64,000 nt of DNA from the human T2T-CHM13v2.0 reference genome, Homo sapiens. The position numbers were made by a program, and so were the translations under genes. Under the pieces are notes generated by a model, which did not search any database, was not told where the DNA came from, and saw only the letters and a list, made by a program, of their open reading frames with translations. The stretch lies in NCBI RefSeq assembly GCF_009914755.1, contig NC_060926.1. One strand, 5' to 3'. Position 1 is the first letter of the stretch. The number at the start of each line of letters is the position of its first letter. Of the stretch, positions 1 through 13,165 are shown piece by piece.

Positions 1-315
1 GTAAATTCCTTGTGGTGAAGGCGGGAGGGATTATAAATTAACTTGAAAAATAGGGCTACATTTGTGTACCTTCCAAAGGTTTAAATTGCTTCAAAAGGAG
101 AAAAAAAATCATACTGCTCATCTGCTGTCTCTATTTTTTCCCTTAATTAGCAGTTGGATTAGGTACACTTGCAGGGGAGGAATTAAAGGCACCAAAGAGA
201 AACCTAAGCCAAATGTCGAGAATTTCTGCCCAGGGACCTTAAAACCACCTTTCCACCATATCTGTAAGATGGATATGATAGCTTGGGCCTGATGTCCTAG
301 CTTATACCCAATACC

Positions 316-369
316 TGTTTGTTTGTTTGTGTGTTTTTTTGTTTGTTTGTTTCTTTTTTTTTTTTTTTT
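316..369. repeat. (GTTT)n / poly-T simple repeat
   Basis: Imperfect GTTT units followed by a T run. Confidence 0.85.
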
Positions 370-1405
370 GGCAAAGCCTGGGATTATTTGGCATAATCCC
401 ACCTATTAATGTAAAGAGTAAGTCCTGGGGACACAGAGGTCAGGTATAGAGACTGGGGCTCCTCTGAGGAACTACAAATGTATTTAAAACCTGCCTAGCT
501 CAGTACCAGGCACAGAGTAGGAATTCTATAAAATCTTCTCCTTTCTTCATAAACCTCTTCTTTGCCTATTCTTCACAACTCTAAAAGCCACACCCTAGAG
601 AAGAATGCTTTCAATCAAGGCAAATAACAACCCTTATGAGTGAGATGTGGGGTAAAAATGAGTACAAAGGTCTGGCTTCTATGCATTGACCCTGAGCTGG
701 TCTGAATTAAAGAAGATATTTATTCTCATGACATTCTGAAATCCTGCAAGGATCCCTGGAATAATGTCCATAAATATTGCCTAATGTCAAATAGCAAAAC
801 CCTCTTTGCTTGTCTAGGCTAGAAATGGCTGCATAAATGTTATCATTGGTACAGCACCATTTTTGTAAACAATGCTGTGCAGGCTCAATGAGTTATAAAG
901 AGCCTCGTGAGCCTTGCCCCCTCCATATGAACATCCCCTTTCATTCTCCTTCCCTTTTCATGTTTAAGGTTGATCCTAAATTCAAAAACTTGAACCAAAA
1001 TAAAAGTGATCACATTTAAGTATGACTTTTATTGCTTAAGTTTTAAAGACTAAATCCTACTTAAGAATAAATAAGAATTTCAAAGAAAATCCAAATTATC
1101 ATCAACTATTCCTACTAAATAATCCCATAGATTTTTGTGAAAACCTGAATATCTCAGAGACATGTGTGATATATAGAATATCTCACGTAGGTCAATGGAA
1201 GACACGGGAAGGGAAAAAAGAAAAATGTACATCTTCAAGTGCTGGTAGTGCAATACTAGGGAAATATACTGTATTTTTCAGCCAATGGGATCAGCCCATG
1301 CACTGGCATCTGATATTTCCTCCAAATAAATTGGTCAGGAAGAGAAGCTTAATTTATATTAGCAAGTATGACACCTGAACAACCTCAAAAAAAAATGTTA
1401 GGAGT

Positions 1406-1708
1406 GGCCAGGCATGGTGGCTCACGCCCGTAATCCCAACACTTTGGGAGGCTGAGGTGGGCAAATCACTTGAGATCAGGAGTTCGAGACCAGCCTGGCC
1501 ACCTGGCCAGGTGAAACCCTGTCTCTACAAAAAACACAAAAATAAGCCAGGTGTGGTGGCGGACACCTGTAGTCACAGCTACTCAGGAGGCTGAGACAGG
1601 AGAATTGCTTGAATCCGGTAGACGGAGGTTACAGTGAACCAAGATCGTGCCACTGCACTCCAGCCTGGGCAACAGAGTGAGACTCTTTCTCAAAGAAAAA
1701 AAAAAAAA
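1406..1708 (+). mobile_element. Alu (AluS, Sx/Sz-like), full length
   Basis: GGCCAGGCATGGTGGCTCACG start, two arms, A-tail. Imperfect TSD AAAAATGTTA[G/T]GAG. Confidence 0.95.
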
Positions 1709-2223
1709 TGTTATGAGCTAGCCTGGACTCTTAACACTCAAGACAACTTCCCAGAAAGCTCATTCCCAACCATTTTAGAAAGAGTAGCTAAGAAACGAGT
1801 CGTCCATGATACTGACAATACCCCATAAGAAATTTTTGGCATTCTGATACCTAATAAATGTTTAGAAACAAGAAGCTTCACTTTTTCCTAATTCACTGGC
1901 AACTTTCATCTGCACAAGCATTTATCTGAGTGTCTTGTTTTGTTTTGTTTCATGTATTCTTTATATGGACAGCATTGAAATAGGCCCCAAAGTGTATGTG
2001 TGTGGAGAAGGGATGTAAAATCACTGTGTAGAGTGCACAGTCCTATACCACAGAAGGTGTTGTTCTGGACAGAAAAGAACTTGTCTTTACTGAGTGAAAC
2101 GTTTTTAAAATATATAATATATAAGCAAAGAAACCAAGAAATCAAGGCAAGAATTATGAATGCAGTGATTATTTCAGTGTGCGTTTTGTGTGTACAGTGC
2201 AGTGTCTGAATGAGGTTTTTAAA

Positions 2224-2480
2224 ACAGCATAGATTAATGGCTAAGATGTTAGCCTCAGGAGCTGGACCACCAGGTCTTCATTCCAGCTCCACAGCTGACT
2301 AATTTGGTTAAGTTGGGTGAGTTCATTAAACTCTTTGTGCCTCAGTTTTCTCATCTATAAAATAAGTATAATAACAACGCCTACTTCATAAAATCATTAC
2401 GAAGATTCAAGTTAATACAAATAAAGAACTCATATTAATGCAAGCCTGAGAGGAAGAATTCAGTAAATGTGTGCTATTAT
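2224..2480 (+). mobile_element. MIR SINE
   Basis: Core CTCTTTGTGCCTCAGTTTTCTCATCTATAAAAT and 3' end CAGTAAATGTGTGCTATTAT. Confidence 0.8.
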
Positions 2481-2629
2481 CAATCCTTACATCATCCCTA
2501 GGATGAAGGCTGTAGAATTGATGAAGGATTGAGACTCATAAGTTTCAGTAACCTGTCAGGCCCGTGTCATCCTCTGCTCACGCGTCTGCTGTCTTCTGCC
2601 TTCAGGTTCCCATCCCTCTCTGTCCCCTA

Positions 2630-2910
2630 CCTGCGATTGCTTAAACACCTCCTCAAAACTCAATTCAGATATGCATTCCAAAGAAAATTCTCTGACTCCT
2701 CTACCTACCCTCTACTTACCCCGACTTACACCATTAAGGTAAGTGCTTCTGTCTTGGGCAATCCCATAGTACCTACTACCCTCCACTGAAGCCGTCCCCT
2801 TACTGACTATTCCTCCCACTGGGATATAAGCTCTTTGGCATCGATAGCTCCCGGCATAATGCTTGGCAGACAGTAGGCATTTAATAAATCTTTGCTGAAC
2901 GAATAACAAA
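2630..2910 (+). mobile_element. L2 3' fragment
   Basis: L2 terminus GCTTGGCAGACAGTAGGCATTTAATAAATCTTTGCTGAACGAAT. Confidence 0.65.
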
Positions 2911-3294
2911 TAAAGTGGGGAATCACGAAAGTAGATTTCAGCCAGCCCTATTAGCCCCCAAAGAATGCAAAATTTTTTCCTCTTCGTGGTTTCTGTTCTC
3001 AGGGAAATTTTCTACAGCCATAAGTGGAAAAATGTTAGCCAAGGACCATAGAGCAAAATGCTGTAAATGTTCAATGGAGAGGGCCCAAGGTGGACTGTGC
3101 AGTCAAGGAGCGTTTCATAGACAACTCAAGCTTGTCCCTGAAATGTGGGTGGAATTAACATAGGCAAAAGAGTGAGAGAAGCCTTTCACACACAGAAAGG
3201 TGGGAAAGTGCAAAGCATCATAAAAGGATTGCAGCAGCACAAAAACGAGACTGCGTAGACCTTTGGATTCTAGACTCAGGAATCCCATTCCCCT

Positions 3295-3368
3295 CTGGCA
3301 CCATCCTCCAATATCTTAAGAAGCATCACCCTGGCACCACCCTCCAATATCTTAAGAAGCATCACCCT
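3295..3368. repeat. 36-bp tandem duplication (2 copies)
   Basis: CTGGCACCA[T/C]CCTCCAATATCTTAAGAAGCATCACC at 3295-3330 and 3331-3366, one mismatch. Confidence 0.95.
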
Positions 3369-3439
3369 ATGGATTATGTAGAACCACCAGGGATATTGTC
3401 AACCATCAGTTTCATTAGAAAGGAAGGCTGGTCCGAGAG

Positions 3440-3632
3440 ATAGGATCAGACAGTCCTGGGTTTGAGCTCTAGTTTCAGCTGCTGAATAGCTCTATGGTAT
3501 TAGACAATCCTATCAGCCTTAGATATGGACACCCATGAGACAAGCATATACTATTGCTTACAAGGTTATTAAGAGGATTCAAAATAACATCAAGTTGTTA
3601 ACCCACAACAGGTGTTCAATAAATTTTAGCTG
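3440..3632 (+). mobile_element. MIR, degenerate
   Basis: CAGACAGTCCTGGGTTTGAGCTCTAG head-like part and GTGTTCAATAAATTTTAGCTG end. Confidence 0.55.
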
Positions 3633-3949
3633 TCAATCTTAGCCTCACGCCTTACACCTGCACCCATACCCACACTTTGGGTAAAACTAGAGTTCACATC
3701 ATAGTCTCAATCTTCTCTGTGAATCCACATCCCCCTCCACATCTCTATGAACTCTGTCCAGCAAGAGTGTTGATGGTGTAAGTGCTGTGCTTTCCCCAAC
3801 AAGTTCTGGTCATCGCCAGACCAAAAGATTCTCTGATGAAGAGTAGGTTCTCATTAAACCAGGGGAAAAAGGAAAAGGCAAGCACCCCCTCCCTATAACC
3901 ACCTCCTAATAGAATGATCAGGAACAGGCAGCAAAATCAATACCAAGCC

Positions 3950-4270
3950 CCTCTCTGTCACCATTTCACGAGGCAGCTTTGTATGCTTGCATCTTGCACC
4001 ACTCGCCAGCAAACAAAATGGAGTGCTGTAGTTAATTGAAAAACAGCTCTGCCCTGCCTGCCATAATTGACATTAAGTACTGTTTGGGGTAGGAAATCAG
4101 CCATTTCCAATTGATATTAAACGGGAAATCATTTAACATCAATGGATATAAACCAGGCGCAATTGTGCTGAATTAGGGAGAAATGTTTTGGCTCGTGTTA
4201 AAAAATGTTTCTGTGAAGTGGGATTTTTCAGAGTAAGTGAATATTAAGTCTGCTTAATACCTGCATTAGG
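3950..4270. promoter_or_regulatory. Candidate conserved non-coding element / enhancer
   Basis: Repeat-free. CTGTCA 3955, GCAAACA 4009, TAATTG 4033, TAATTGACATTA 4064, several retained CpGs. Inferred from motifs only. Confidence 0.35.
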
Positions 4271-4994
4271 AAAGAGAAGAAACCACTTCTCAGTCTCCCC
4301 TCAGGCTTAGAAGAAAGCTGCCAAATGCTTTTTTGGAAGAAGCCATGTTCTAAGGTGGTCTTGTCTTTGAAAAACAAAGTAGAAAGAAGGTATAATCTGG
4401 GAGAGCAGATGAAAGGACAGAGAATCTCCGGCGAGTTTATCCAGCATCATCCACCATGCTGCTGAGGGAGAAGCTGGGCTCCTGTGAAGAGTGAAGAGGC
4501 ATAAACAAGGAATCTCTTGGCCTCCCTCTGAGAAGTCACTATGGGACCATGCCCTTGATAGAAGGAAAATAAATAAGGGCAAGATATGCATAGGGAAAGA
4601 TAAGTCATCAGTCTCCCCTCTTATCCAAGTCCATTTTCATAACACGCATTGGGATATTTTGAAAGCCGATGGCTTCTCCTCATCCTGTGATATAACGGTG
4701 CTGGCCGTCTTAATCAAAGCAGTGCAAACCCTTGTTCCTGTAGGCATGGCTATCTTATCAATTAGGGCTTTAGAAATGTCTCCGTTATTCTCCAAAGAGA
4801 TAAAAACCAGTCTGACTTCTGATCCTCCATTTGTTCCACAAGAACAAGGAAGACAGAGGAAAAAGAAGAGGGATGTAAGTGAAGAATACAATTGGAAAGA
4901 GAAGATGAGAGCCTTATGGGTTGGAGAGATAAAAATGAACTGTCTGGGGGAAGAAGGAGGCACAAAGCCACAGTGGTAGCTTCACAGGAAGTCT

Positions 4995-5125
4995 ATTGAT
5001 CCATTTTACAGATGAGGAAACTAAGGTCCAAACAGGTTCTGTGACATGCCCCAGGCCATGCAACTACTTAGTGTAAGAGCCTGGTCTAGAGCTCCCCTGA
5101 TTCACTGCCCAGTTTTAGCACCTGA
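4995..5125 (-). mobile_element. MIR SINE
   Basis: CCATTTTACAGATGAGGAAACTAAGG antisense core. Confidence 0.8.
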
Positions 5126-6179
5126 TACCACCTCTAGAGTAAAGAGATAATGAGCAAAGAAAGAGATGAGGAAAAGAGGAAAAACAGTTAAGAATGGAAG
5201 AAAGAGTATCTTAGAAGTTAAAAGCTAGAAGGTCAGCATACAATTTCTATTTTAGGAGTAAATTGAAAACATCATACCATTATCTGAGTGGACCCCACAT
5301 GTGATTTGCAGAATCCAGCAAACAACTTGTCAGCCCTGTAAGTTTTCTGTCTGGAATGGTGGCAGTTGTAGACATAGGCCTCTGAGAGTCTTCCATCTCA
5401 TTGCCTGATTTCCACAGCTAGGCCTTCACATCTGCAGTGTTTCTGTGGCTAAAACAACCAGTCAGGTTTTATCCCAAGGAGAACTCTTAATAGTGAATTC
5501 TGAGACAATCTCTGAGACCTTGTCCTTTTAAGTGGGTTTTGTATGGAAATGAAATTTGTCCCTTCTAGCTCCTTGGATAAAGAAGCTAAATGAGCGTTTA
5601 TGGAAATTATATATCCCATGAACATCTCTTCTAACAGACAAGCTGTCTAGCTTGGTCCATGTGTGGTGAGCAAGAAAGGTTAGACTCAGAGTGGAGTGTA
5701 AGAAAACCTTCTTCATAGCCTGTCCCCTTTTTCAAGACCCAAAGTTAACTCTTTTATAATGCTGTACCCTAAACATGGAGCATCAGATAAAAGCTTGCCT
5801 GCAGAAAAGTCCCCCAGGGAGGCAGGGAATCAAGAGTGTGCTACTGCCTTGGCCTCAGGATGCAGTCGGCGATGTCTATACCAGGGCTTAGGCTGTGTTG
5901 AGGGATGAGGAAACTGTTTTAGTTTTTATTTTCTAGGCTTTCTCTCCTCCAGTCAATGGCCTTCCCTTTTTTCACAACTGCATGCAAAAAGGCTTTGATT
6001 CCTGGCTCCCTCACCACCCTTCGCTAACATGCGACAATTATGTGGCTACAACAAATGGCCAGAATATAGCTGGGCACACTATGACCCCCTGGATTAGAAA
6101 GGAAACACTGAGCAAGCGGAATGGTGGCTACTTCACTGGCTTTGTCAAATAGCCTGCATTTGTGAGGTCAAGGCTAATT

Positions 6180-6310
6180 TATTTATTCACTTATTCATTA
6201 AGTCAATCAACAAGTTAGCATTGCATGTATACTCTGGGTGAAAGAAATACCACACTGGTCAGAGTATCCAGAGGTGGATAAAACACATTCCCTGCTCTCA
6301 AAGAGTTTGC
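6180..6310 (-). mobile_element. L2 3' fragment
   Basis: TTATTCATTAAGTCAATCAACAAG ... CCCTGCTCTCAAAGAGTTT. Confidence 0.6.
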
Positions 6311-6439
6311 CACCTTAGAGAATCCATTGCATCTTACTCTTTGCCCAGCAACTACATCTAGAAACAAATGCTCGTATTGATAAAGCTGCCTCATTCTCTG
6401 CTCTAGCCTTATTTCAGTTTCTAAAAGGTTGATAATCCT

Positions 6440-6791
6440 TTCTGCCACGGGGCCATTTTCTCTTTCTGGGATGTTTTTCCCCGCTGCAACCTTTTCCTTA
6501 CCTGTTAGCTCCTATTCAGCCTTTAGATCTTGGCCGAAACACCACTTCTCAGGGAAATCTTGTTTCCGCATCCAGCCTGGGTCAGTTTTCCTTGTTCTAT
6601 CTCCCTTTTCCTTTTCAGTTTGTGATTAGATTTCCATTAATGAGTTATTTTTTGTTTATGTCTGTCCCCCTGCTGGAAGTGAGCTTGGAAGAATAGGGAT
6701 GGTGGTTATTTTTGCTCAACATTGACTCTTCACGCCAGCAGAGAGCCTGGAACATAGTGGGCACTCAGGAAATACTGGTTGTTGAATGAAT
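6440..6791 (+). mobile_element. L2 3' fragment
   Basis: Ends AGAGCCTGGAACATAGTGGGCACTCAGGAAATACTGGTTGTTGAATGAAT. Confidence 0.75.
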
Positions 6792-6953
6792 CAAAAGGAA
6801 ACAACAGAACACTGCTATCAATACTTCGTACATCCTAGTTCTTCATGCTAAGTGACCAGGTTGAAACTACTACTTATATAATTACATTGAAAACTTTACT
6901 TGAATATACATATATTCCAAGAGTCAGTGTGGAGGTTTAAAAGAATAGACTCT

Positions 6954-8285
6954 CCCCTTTCACCCTATACAAAAATCAACTCAAAATGGATCAAAGACCT
7001 AAATGTAAGACCTAAAACTTGTAGAAGAAAACACAAGGGAAACAATTCAGGACATTGGTCTGAGAAAAGATTTTATAAATAAGACCTCAAAAGTACAGGA
7101 AGCAAAAGAAAATAAAACAAATGGGTTTATATCAAACTACAAAGCTTCTGAACAGCAAAAGAAACAAACAGGAGTGAAAAGACAACCTATGAAATGAGAG
7201 AAAATATTTGTAAACTACTTATACAACAAGGGATTAATATCCAGAATATACAAGGAATGTAAACATCTCAACAGCAAAATAAATAAACAAAAACTCAATT
7301 TTAAGCTGGGAAAAAGATATGAACAGACATTTCTCAAAAGAAGAGATACGAATGACCAAAAAGTATATGAAAAAATGCTCAACATCATTAATCATCAGGG
7401 AAATGCAAATCGAAACCACCATGAGTTATCATCTGACCCCAGTTAGGATGCTTATTATTGAAAATACAAAAAACGACAAATGCTGATGAGAATGCAGAGA
7501 AAAGAAAACTCTTATACACTGTTGGTGGGTAAACTAGTACAGCCATTATGGAGAACAGTATGGAGGTTCCTCAAAAAACTATAAACAGAGCTACCATTTG
7601 ATCCAGCAATCCCACTACTGGGAATTTATTCAAAAAAAGGAAATTGATATATGGAAGAGACATCTGTACCCCCATGTTTATTATAGCACTAGTCACAATA
7701 GCCAAGATATGGAATGAACTTAAGAATCCAACAACAGATGAATGGATAAAGAAAAAGTGGTATATATGCACAATGGAATATTAGTCAGCAATATAAAAGA
7801 ATGAAACCCTGCCATTTGTGGCAACATAGATGAACCTAGAGGATATTGTCTTACATGAAATAAGCCAGGAACAGAAAATCAAACACCGCATGTCCTCACT
7901 TATATGTGGAAGATTAAAAAATAAAGTTCATCTCATAGAAGTAAAAAATAGAACAGAGGTTACTAGAGGCTGGGAAAGGTAGGAGGAGGAGAGAGATAGG
8001 GAGATATTTGTTAAAGGATACAGAATTATAGCTGGATAGGAGGAATATGTTCTAGTTTCTATGTTATTGTAGGATGACTATAGTTAACAATAATATATAG
8101 TTTCAAATAGCTAGAAGGAGAATTTTGAATATTACCGAAACAAATAAATGATCAATGTTTGACATGATGGATACGCTAATTTCCCTGATCTGATTACTAT
8201 ACATTATATGTATCAAAACATCACTATGTATCCCATGAATATGTACAATTACTATGTGTCCATTTTAAAAATTAATTCAATTTTT
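6954..8285 (+). mobile_element. L1MA-type LINE-1, 5'-truncated (ORF2 end plus 3'UTR)
   Basis: ORF2 remnant SPYTKINSKWIKDLNVRPKT and L1MA 3'UTR GATAGGAGGAATATGTTCTAG...GTACAATTACTATGTGTC. Degenerate TSD AAT[A/G]GACTCT. Confidence 0.9.
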
Positions 8286-8925
8286 AAAATGGACTCTGAA
8301 ATAAAATCTGGCTGGCTATGTTCAATACTCACCTCTGCCAACTGAATAACCCTGGACAAAGGCTTAACCTTAGGCTAAAAAGGCTAAAAATTAGCTCCCC
8401 AAAGGATATTTATATCAAATCCCTTGAACCTGTAAATGTTACCTTACTTGGAAAAAAGGTTTTTGCAGATGTGAGTAAGTTAATGATCTTGTGATGAGGA
8501 TATAATCTTGGGTTAGCCAAGCAGGCCCCAAGTGCAAACACATGTATCTTTATAAATAGACACACAAAAGAGAAGACCCATAGACAGCAGAGGGAGAGGC
8601 CAGGTGACTGCGAGAGCAGAGATTGGAGTGAGGCTGCCACAAGTCAAGGAGTGCCAATGGAAATGAGAAGCTGGAAGAGGCAAAGAACGGATTCTCCTCT
8701 AGAGCTTCTGTAGTGAGCGCAGCCCTGAAGACAGTTTGATTTCTGACTTTTAGCTCCTAGAACTGTGAGACGGTAAGTTTATCTTGTTTTAAGCCATACA
8801 GTTTTTAATAATCTGTTACAGCAGCCACAGGAAACTAGTCCAACCTCTCTAAACCTCAAGTTCCTCATACATAAAATGGAGACTATGGCACACACCTTAT
8901 AAACTGTGAATTTAAATAAATCAAA
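8286..8925 (+). mobile_element. MIR split by MLT1C (5' stub at 6921-6953, upstream of the L1)
   Basis: CCTGGACAAAGGCTTAACCT (to 8370) rejoins CTCTAAACCTCAAGTTCCTCATACATAAAATGG (from 8847) as a MIR core. Confidence 0.7.
8371..8842 (+). mobile_element. MLT1C-like MaLR solo LTR
   Basis: GAACCTGTAAATGTTACCTTACTTGGAAAAAAGG...GCTGGAAGAGGCAAAGAACGGATTCTCCTCTAGAGC...GTTACAGCAGCCACAGGAAACTA. Flanked by AACCT. Confidence 0.85.
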
Positions 8926-10344
8926 AATTGCCCAAAGAATGACCCGACTCCAATGATCATGTCTATTCAAGATGAAAACATTTAGATCCAAAAGGAAATT
9001 TCTGTCAAGCACTGGGCAGTTAGGTCTTTACCTCACTTTTCTATAGCCTGAAAATAAATGTTCCAGGCACACAATGACTCTTTTTCACTTGTGACTCAAA
9101 CAGCCCAGTGTCACTTCACCCTGCCATAATATTGTTAGGAAAGCCATGCACAGGCCATTGGAAAGAGATGATCAGGGCCTCCCTCTTAGTATCCCAAAAA
9201 CCCATTTCAGCACCTGTCATATGATAGATGCTCAGTGAATGCTTGATGAGTGAGTAAGCTCTTGAGTCATTACAGTTTGGACAAGTTGACCCACTAAGTA
9301 GAAGAAAGAGGCACAAGGGTTTCAGAAGGAATGATAAACACAATTTATCCATGTACGAGTAGCCAGCCTCATCACTGAACCATCAAACTGAAGATGATGA
9401 TGATGACACTGCATAGACTATTCCTGCCCAGCATTCCAAGGATTCCTGTCAACATCAAGATGGCTCTAGTATGACTGGAAAAGGGTTATTCTCCTTACAT
9501 ATGTCTGCCTTTCCACATGCTTTTATATTTAGCAAGAAATATTTCTTAGTGATTCCTGGATGACTTTGTATTACACATACTTTGAATGTTAACAGGATCT
9601 GTTTTTATTTTGCTTTTAACTTGAAATGAAGGCATAATGGGAGTAGGTCTATATAGGCTAAAATCAAAGAGGTTAATTTCATTCTGAGAGGGACGTTCAT
9701 TCAAAGGATTAATGTAGGTTAAACTCAAAGTTAGTTTTATGACTCATGTCCATTTTCACATTTTCTCCTAGCATGATCTCCATTTCTAGGCAATACTTGA
9801 GCTGTCTGTATGTGGAAGCAGGTTACTTTCTTTTGATAGTTTTTTCCAGCTTGTTTAAACTTTTTGAAGTGACAACCTTGGTAATTATAGCTACTAGCAT
9901 AATATTAATGATAATATTAATGATAATGATAATTTTAAACCCATAAGAGATATTTTATACCTGTATGGATCGCTAAGACCAGAGCCAACATAATAAGACC
10001 AAAACTTTTCATGAATCTGTCTCTGCTAGAACAGAGGGTGTTTTCTTGCTTTTTAATTTTAGGGTAAATAATAGTTGCTGGCTGATTTGAAGCTGGATCA
10101 GCATGCATAATCCTAGACAGTGAGAAGAGATGCTTTAATTTAAGTTTCTGGAAAATCTCAAGCTATATTTTAGGAGTTGCTGTCTTACAGACCCAGAATC
10201 ACATGGTTTTTAAAGTTTCTTATTCGATTAAAAAGATATATGGGAAATGTAGAGGAACCCACAAAACACCCTAAAGCACATTAGTTGGATATAACGCTCA
10301 TTATTTTACTCCAGGGAAGAGTTCGACACTTTTCAAGGTCTTAT

Positions 10345-11000
<656 letters not shown>

Positions 11001-12360
11001 ACCACCACCCCACCCCCCACTTTTCCCTAAATAAAAAAGATAACATAGTTGAAATACAAGGAAGGAGGAATGAGCGACAGTGTCAGAAAAGAGGAAGCTG
11101 AGATCCAGCATCTGAGTGAAATGTTCTAAAAGCTTCATTTGAAAAATCACAGTGATATGAAAAAGGTCATGCTTACAATACTCTCACTTAATAAACAATG
11201 GAAAGCTCCCCTCTGCCCTCCCATCCCTGGAGGACTGTGCATAGCCAGAGGTCCATCTATTTCTTTTGCCTTCATGCCTTTCATGCTAGACCCTATTTTA
11301 TAACTCCAAGATGCCATCAACTGTGAGATGCAAGCCAACTAGAGATGCGAAAACATTATACTATACATGTTTTTAAATCTATGAAATAGAGTAATTCTGG
11401 CCTGTTCATTGCCTCCAGACTAAGTTTATATTTATTTCCTACTAGAAATCTCAGTACACTCTACAACTTTACTCAATTGACTTGGTTTCATTTTCCCAGT
11501 TCCTGCCACACTTTCTAAAAGTCCTTTAAGCTGCCATCATCACTCATGCAATGCCCACTGGGCAATATTTCAGGAGGAATGGGACTCTTCCACACTTACT
11601 AAGTTGCCTTAGTTCTGAACTCTTCTCTTGAACCATATCCCCCACCCAATTCCACCCTGTTCATGACTCTCCCTTGCATTTGGTGATTATTCTCTCACTG
11701 ATCTTTTGACTTGAAAGCACCTGTTTCCCAAATCTTCTCAACCCCTAGTGGTACCTGGTATGCTAACTGAGATCTTTTCATTTGCTAAACCAACCGAGTT
11801 GATCCAAGCCCCTCCCTCCCTGGCGAAGTTCCTCCATGGGCTACTCTCTGCATCGGACTTGTTCAGGATATAAGAGAAAGGAGTTAGGTTCTTGTTTACT
11901 TGGAGTTATCAATCTCTATACCACTCCTCCTATGAATTGAAACCCTTCTCTATGGATAAAATTACAAATTCTTTGTTCTGGCTCCAAGGAGAACCCTTAA
12001 GCGAAAATCAGTAAAATATGTCCCTTAAGTTTTGGGCAACAAAGGGTAAGAAATGAGAGATTTTAATTTAAAGAACAGGGAATTTATACTGACTGGGAAC
12101 TAAAGGAAGGGTGAATAATGTAGAAACACTTCAGGAGCTTGTTTGATCCAAGGCAGAAAAAGGTACTAAAATATCAAATAATTATCAACACTTTGTCGTT
12201 GAATATATTTATGTACTTAGCTTTCACTCTCTGACAAAATAACTAAGGTAGAGAAGGATTTTTGTGAACTTTTCTGAACAAAGTTAGGTGAGTTGATGAA
12301 ATCATAAAACAATTAAAGACCAGAAAGCATAGAAGACACCAAAGTCTTCTCCATTTGGTC

Positions 12361-12405
12361 TGAAGGTCAAGTGGAGCCTAGCAGTGAAGGTCGAATGGAG
12401 CCTAG
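12361..12405. repeat. 24-bp-period tandem duplication
   Basis: TGAAGGTCAAGTGGAGCCTAG-cag-TGAAGGTCGAATGGAGCCTAG. Confidence 0.85.
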
Positions 12406-12819
12406 AGACTTGGGACCACTCTCTGTGGCATTGTTTCCCAGTCAGGTCTGAGGAGGCTCAGCTCCTATACAGGCATGTTTGAATGGGTGCCAAAGGGATT
12501 GGATTCCTTAGAATATTCTCTGCACAATTTAGGAAAGCTTGCTCCTGTGTTACTGAAAAGGAGAAGATGGATATTCCCACATCTGATGAAACTAAAAACT
12601 CTAAAGATTGTGCAGTGAATTAGCAGTTCTCTCCTGAGGCACAACTCTAAATGACTGACCGTTGGTCATTTAATGAGACTCCAGTAAAATGAATAATAAG
12701 CAGGGAATCTTGACATCTAGAATTTGTAAACCATTCCTCTTCTTTCTTTCTCTAAAAGATATATTGTATATTTAAACATTTTGAGTTAGCAAAATTCTGA
12801 TGATTTTCATTTTTTATTC

Positions 12820-13165
12820 CACGGTAAAGAAAGAAGTAGAAGAGCCTCATTAAATGAGAGTAACAGTGTTGAGAACTGTGGCTGTGATTAGCTCTGCTCA
12901 GGGTTGAAGTTAATATTGCTTCTCCCCTGCAGTATTTTTTAATTACACTCCTGATTTTCTATTTGGAGACATCATGGACCTGTTCTAGTAAATTGTCACA
13001 CAATCACAAGTCAAATATGTGTTAAATATGAGAAAATGCTGCCATTTTTATCTGATTTGTGGTTCATTCATGCACCGTTATCTGCTTTTAATTAAATAAT
13101 ATAAAATGCACATGGTCAGCAGTTTGACTTTTCATCTCCTTACAATGTCAGTAATTCAGCTTGGT
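12820..13165. promoter_or_regulatory. Candidate conserved non-coding element
   Basis: Repeat-free AT-rich block with TAATTA twice, TTGTCA, ATGTCA and GCCATTTT (YY1-like). Inference only. Confidence 0.3.

Noticed and set aside
3295-3368. 36-bp repeats as a CRISPR array
   Set aside because: Only two abutting copies, no spacers, eukaryotic context.
4491-4979. Longest ORF (162 aa) and antisense 108-aa ORF
   Set aside because: Non-ATG start, no recognisable domain, partly low-complexity purine sequence, no convincing splice frame.
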